Origin: Polyangiales bacterium
GTDB taxonomy: Bacteria; Myxococcota_A; Polyangia; Polyangiales; Polyangiaceae
DNA length: 28,238 nucleotides
Assembly: GCA_038230375.1 (NCBI GenBank)
Contig: JBBRNJ010000102.1
Span: forward strand, 1-28,238
Reading direction: 5' to 3'
In this document: positions 24,500 through 28,238 of the stretch, piece by piece
Position numbering within the stretch: position 1 is the first letter of the stretch
Layout of the letters: every line of letters starts with the position of its first letter
Notes under the pieces: model-generated
What the model was told of the DNA's origin: nothing
What the model saw: the letters and a program-made list of their open reading frames with translations, nothing else
Database searches by the model: none
Position numbers and translations under genes: made by a program

Positions 24500-25300
24500 A
24501 TGAAACGTGCCGCGCGCATCGTCGGAGCTTCCGGGGTCGTCGTCATCGAGTGCGCGCTCTGGCTCGGCGGCGGCGGGCCTGCGCACGCTGCCCCCCCCGC
24601 CGACGCGGGCGCCGCTCCGGCCGCACCGTCGCGCCCCGTGGTGGAGGGTGACGCGCGTGTCGCAGCGCTCTCCGCCGAGGTCGCGCAGCTCAACGCTACG
24701 CGCGCGGCGGTATCCGTCCGCCAGGCGCGCATCAAGGGGCTCGTCGAGCCCATGGCCTCTCTGAGCAGCCGGGGTGAGGAGAGTGAGGTGTGCGCCCACG
24801 CGAACAGGAGCGTGCTCGCCGCATACGGGCTCGATCTCTCCCCGCAGGAGGTCTCCGACCTCGTCGCCGCCATCGGACGCGGCGGCTCGGGAGGCATCGC
24901 CGCGGCGCTCTTCATCTGCACCGCGATCTCCGAGGCGGACCTAGCTGCAGGCGCACCCGCGCAGGCGGACGGGGGCGTGCCACGATCGCGGTCGCGTCAC
25001 GCCGATGCAGTGAAGCGCCTCGCGCGTGCCGCGGCGGAGCGGACGAAGCTCGACCTCGCCACCGTGAGCCCCCTCCTCGACGCCATCCAGGCAACTCCTG
25101 GCGTCGCGCCCGTGGCGCGCGCAGACCTCGAGCTGCCGGCGGACATCACAGGGTCGCGGGTCGCCAGCAGCCTGCTCGCGCTGATAAACAAGACCTACTC
25201 GAACCACCTCGCGAAGCTCGCCGCGCGCAGCGACGCTGCGAGTCAGGAGCTCCTACGGCTGCAGGTGAAGCCGCCAGCCCGCCCGGTCCGCACGCGCTGA
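24500..25300 (+). CDS. Hypothetical secreted helical/coiled-coil protein
   Basis: SD GGAGA before ATG 24500, signal-like N-terminus ending PAHA, coiled-coil-like segments; no recognised family. Confidence 0.6.
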   Translation: MKRAARIVGASGVVVIECALWLGGGGPAHAAPPADAGAAPAAPSRPVVEGDARVAALSAEVAQLNATRAAVSVRQARIKGLVEPMASLSSRGEESEVCAHANRSVLAAYGLDLSPQEVSDLVAAIGRGGSGGIAAALFICTAISEADLAAGAPAQADGGVPRSRSRHADAVKRLARAAAERTKLDLATVSPLLDAIQATPGVAPVARADLELPADITGSRVASSLLALINKTYSNHLAKLAARSDAASQELLRLQVKPPARPVRTR

Positions 25301-25491
25301 CGCGCCAAGAGCGCAGGGCACCTCGAATCGTTCGCGGGCGAGCGCGTCAGCGTCACCGAAGAGGGCCCATGGCGCGTCGAACCACGCTCGAACAACGTCT
25401 TCATCATCAGCTCCGCCCACGGGATGTCGGCGGGCACGCCTGCGTCGCAATTCGCCCCAAGCCGGCCATGCTTCAGCGATCGAGGGAGGGC

Positions 25492-26952
25492 TCAGGTGCC
25501 GTCGAGGACGTGCGCCGCCGTGGGGGTGCCGCCTGGGGAGACGGGGTCGTGTGGGAGGCTTCCTCGCGGCGAGCGTAGATAGACGAATGGCGTCACATGC
25601 AGGAAGTTCGATACGCGTGATGTGTATACGTCCGCATAACGCTCTATCTGTCGCGCCAGGTGGCTCTTGTCATTACCGGCGCGCGTGAGCAGACCCCAGG
25701 TTGCATTGGAGAGCTCCGCGGCCTCCTTTGCGAGCGGCGCGAGGCCCGCGTCCAGCACACTGAGTTTCTCGCGGAGCTCCGTCATGCGCGCTTCCATCTG
25801 CGCCTCGCTCTGCTCGGACTGCGGGCCATATGCCATCTTCATTCGCTGCAGGAAGACCTTCAGCTCCACGACCTCTGCCTCCATGGCCTCCTTCTCGGCC
25901 ATGCGCAGGGAGATCTCGTGCTCCTTGTCGGAGAACGCGAGGATGGTCTGCACCTCTTCCTCTAGCTCGCGCAGCACCAGCGCGGTGCGCCAGCGAAGCA
26001 CGTTCTTCGTGACGTGCACGTCACCGAACATGTGATCACCCACATAGAGGATCTCGTCACCGGACAGACCAAGGTGCCGCTCCAGCTCGATGGCGGAGCC
26101 GCCCAGGTACGCCTTGCCGCGCTCCAGCTTCGGGACGAACGACTTCAGGAGCCCGTCCTCCGTCGCTACCTCGAAGAACGGCGCGCGCGCGGAGAAGAAC
26201 TCCGGCTTTCGCGCGTTGACGATCACGTAGTCGAACAGGTCGCGCCACACCATGCCCTTGGGCAGGAACGGATCGAACGTGTACTTCATCATCGCGAGCG
26301 TGTAGCTCCACTCGGAGTTCGTGATGAGCATCAGCTTCTTGTTCGCGTACTTCTGATCCAGGAGCGCGAGCGGCGTGTCGGGGTCGATCATCACGAAGCG
26401 CTTGGGGTCCGCGATGATCGCCTCCTTCAACTTCCCCTCCATGTGGGTCTTGTCCATGGAGACGCGGATCATCCCGTAGAGATCGCGATAGCCCATGGCA
26501 CGCGCGATCTTGCCGCCGTCCAGGCGATCGACAAGCTGCGCGTAGAGGCACCCTTCCGAGAGCGAGAAGAGCGTGTTCAGGAACACCCAGCGCTGGTCGT
26601 GCAGGTCCACGATGGTGCGCTCGTACGCGGCGCGCATCTCGCGGAAGTCCAGCACCTTGGTGCCGTGCAGCGCCTTCTTCACGAAGCCGAAGCGGTTCGC
26701 CTTCACGATGTTCCCGAGCTCCGTGTCCAGGATGAGCCCGCGGATGATCATCTTGGGATCGAACTCTAGGCCGTCGATCGGGACGCCCTGCTTCTTGAGC
26801 CGGTCGCGCACGCCCTCGTATGCGCGACGCTCCCACTCCTCCACGGCGTAGTGGACCAGCGTGTAGTCCATGTCGTAGCCGACCGCCTTCACCTGCTTCA
26901 TGTTCAGGGTGCGGTTGCAGAAGACGCCTCGCCCGGGGGCTGTTTTCAACAT
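25492..26952 (-). CDS. HAD-IG family 5'-nucleotidase (cN-II-like)
   Basis: VFCNRTLNM, GYDMDYTLVHY, LITNSEWSYT, ARKPEFF, LYVGDHMFGDV, WRTALV, ERYADVYTSRVSN. TATTCT lies 10 nt before ATG 26952. Confidence 0.93.
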   Translation of the reverse strand: MLKTAPGRGVFCNRTLNMKQVKAVGYDMDYTLVHYAVEEWERRAYEGVRDRLKKQGVPIDGLEFDPKMIIRGLILDTELGNIVKANRFGFVKKALHGTKVLDFREMRAAYERTIVDLHDQRWVFLNTLFSLSEGCLYAQLVDRLDGGKIARAMGYRDLYGMIRVSMDKTHMEGKLKEAIIADPKRFVMIDPDTPLALLDQKYANKKLMLITNSEWSYTLAMMKYTFDPFLPKGMVWRDLFDYVIVNARKPEFFSARAPFFEVATEDGLLKSFVPKLERGKAYLGGSAIELERHLGLSGDEILYVGDHMFGDVHVTKNVLRWRTALVLRELEEEVQTILAFSDKEHEISLRMAEKEAMEAEVVELKVFLQRMKMAYGPQSEQSEAQMEARMTELREKLSVLDAGLAPLAKEAAELSNATWGLLTRAGNDKSHLARQIERYADVYTSRVSNFLHVTPFVYLRSPRGSLPHDPVSPGGTPTAAHVLDGT

Positions 26953-27089
26953 GTCGCCGGCCAGAATAGCCCACATTTGCAGGCGTTTGGGGAACGCTTG
27001 GGTGCCACACGCGTCGCGAACGCGCATCGAGAACACGAATCGCGAACATGGACTGTAAGGTGGCCCCCGCCGTCGTCGTTTGGGGTGTC

Positions 27090-28238
27090 ATGCGCCACTC
27101 GAAGCTCCTCCTTTCCCTCGGTCTTGGCTCCGCTCTCCTCTCCATGTCGGCGGTCGCGTCCGCAGATGACGACATCGGGACCACGCCCGCGCGCAAGTCT
27201 GCGCCCGCGTCCTCGCCCATCGCGCCGGTCTCGCCGAACGAAGCGAAGCCCGCGAACGAGGGATATGCTCGTCCGCCGGGCGAGCAGCCGATCATGATGG
27301 ACAGCGGCAACCCGAACGAGCCGAGCCCGCCGCAGTCGGGCATGGTTGCGTCCGAGGGCCGCCAGAACCGTGACCGCTTCGTCGCCACGGATCCGCCGGG
27401 CGACTGGGCCGTGTTCCATGTGGGCTTGCGTCCGCACCTGGGTCGGTTCATCGGCCTTGGCACCATGGCGCTCGCGCGTGAGCGCACGGAGCAGTTCTAC
27501 GGCGTGTTCTCGCTGTCCGCGATCCGCAACGACGCCGGCACGCACATCGGACTCGCGCAGATCGCGCTCGGTCGCAACCTGTCCGACACGTTCAACGGCG
27601 GCCTGCAGCTCTCACTCACGGAGAACCGCGCGCGTAACTTCACGGGGCTCACGCAGACCACGCTTGGCTACAACCGCGCGGGCGACATGCTCGGCGTGAT
27701 TCAGCTCGGCAGCTACAACCGCTCCACGGAGTTCCACGGCGGCCTCCAGCTGGGCGCGTACAGCCGCACGGACCAGGCGTTCGGTGGCCTCGCGCAGGTG
27801 GGCCTCTACAGCCGCGCGGACAGGTCGTTCGCAGGACTCACGCAGGTCGGCGGCTACGCGGAAGCGGACGGCGACTTCTCCGGCCTCATGCAGATCGGCG
27901 GCGCCGCGTCGGTGGGCAAGGAGCTGTTCGATACGACTGAAGACGGCGCAAAGAAGAACCGCTTCGCCGGCTTCGCGCAGATCTCCGGCTCTGTCGCCAA
28001 CGTCGACGGCAACTTCAAAGGGGTCATGCAGGTGTCGCCCGGTTCCTCCTGGGTGTCGGGGGAGTTCACGGGACTCACGCAGATAGGCACCGTTGCCTAC
28101 GCGCGCGACTTCACGGGGCTCCTCCAGGTCGGTGCCGGCGCGGTCTCGCGTCGGTCGGCCGGCATCCAGGCGGGCGGGGCGGCTCTTGCGTTCGAGGAGC
28201 ACACCGGGCTCCAGCTCGGCGGTATTGGCAACTATGCC
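27090..28238 (+). CDS. Secreted G-x-x-Q-(I/L/V)-G repeat surface protein (LA_2272-like); 3' end outside the window
   Basis: Manual translation: MRHSKLLLSLGLGSALLSMSAVASA signal, Pro-rich linker, then ~15-16-aa repeats such as FTGLTQTTLGYN, FHGGLQLGAYS, FGGLAQVGLYS, FAGLTQVGG, FSGLMQIGG. Confidence 0.82.
   Translation, partial: MRHSKLLLSLGLGSALLSMSAVASADDDIGTTPARKSAPASSPIAPVSPNEAKPANEGYARPPGEQPIMMDSGNPNEPSPPQSGMVASEGRQNRDRFVATDPPGDWAVFHVGLRPHLGRFIGLGTMALARERTEQFYGVFSLSAIRNDAGTHIGLAQIALGRNLSDTFNGGLQLSLTENRARNFTGLTQTTLGYNRAGDMLGVIQLGSYNRSTEFHGGLQLGAYSRTDQAFGGLAQVGLYSRADRSFAGLTQVGGYAEADGDFSGLMQIGGAASVGKELFDTTEDGAKKNRFAGFAQISGSVANVDGNFKGVMQVSPGSSWVSGEFTGLTQIGTVAYARDFTGLLQVGAGAVSRRSAGIQAGGAALAFEEHTGLQLGGIGNYA

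Noticed and set aside
25301..25491. Short minus-strand ORFs between the orphan gene and the nucleotidase
   Set aside because: No recognisable motif or start signal, and they overlap the real gene end.

Overview
High-GC bacterial DNA whose gene content (Asp-Ala-Gly- and Ser/Thr-rich lipoproteins, IgGFc-binding lipoprotein, Ser/Thr kinase plus TPR-PEGA pair, AgmX-type remnant) points to a myxobacterium, probably Polyangiales; this is an inference. It holds about 25 protein genes, two cut by the window edges, and one likely pseudogene; I saw no rRNA, tRNA, CRISPR array or intact transposon. Two candidate systems stand out. (1) A tight minus-strand operon (15467->14038) of two small paralogous lipoprotein-like peptides sharing a conserved leader and four copies of a GNL[M/G]AP...D[A/S]G core, followed by a cytoplasmic ferritin-like diiron enzyme and facing an HTTM membrane protein; this looks like an undescribed RiPP-like peptide or lipoprotein modification system. 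(2) Two divergent paralogues of the COG1964/Tes (tetraether synthase, GDGT-MAS)-type radical SAM family, one coupled to a FabG-like reductase, suggesting bacterial lipid C-C chemistry. Also visible: many leaderless-type promoters including an overlapping bidirectional one, a ~145-bp intergenic hairpin, and an AT-rich duplicated operator in front of a class II Fic gene next to a broken gene. Family calls come from recognised motifs only, with no database searches.
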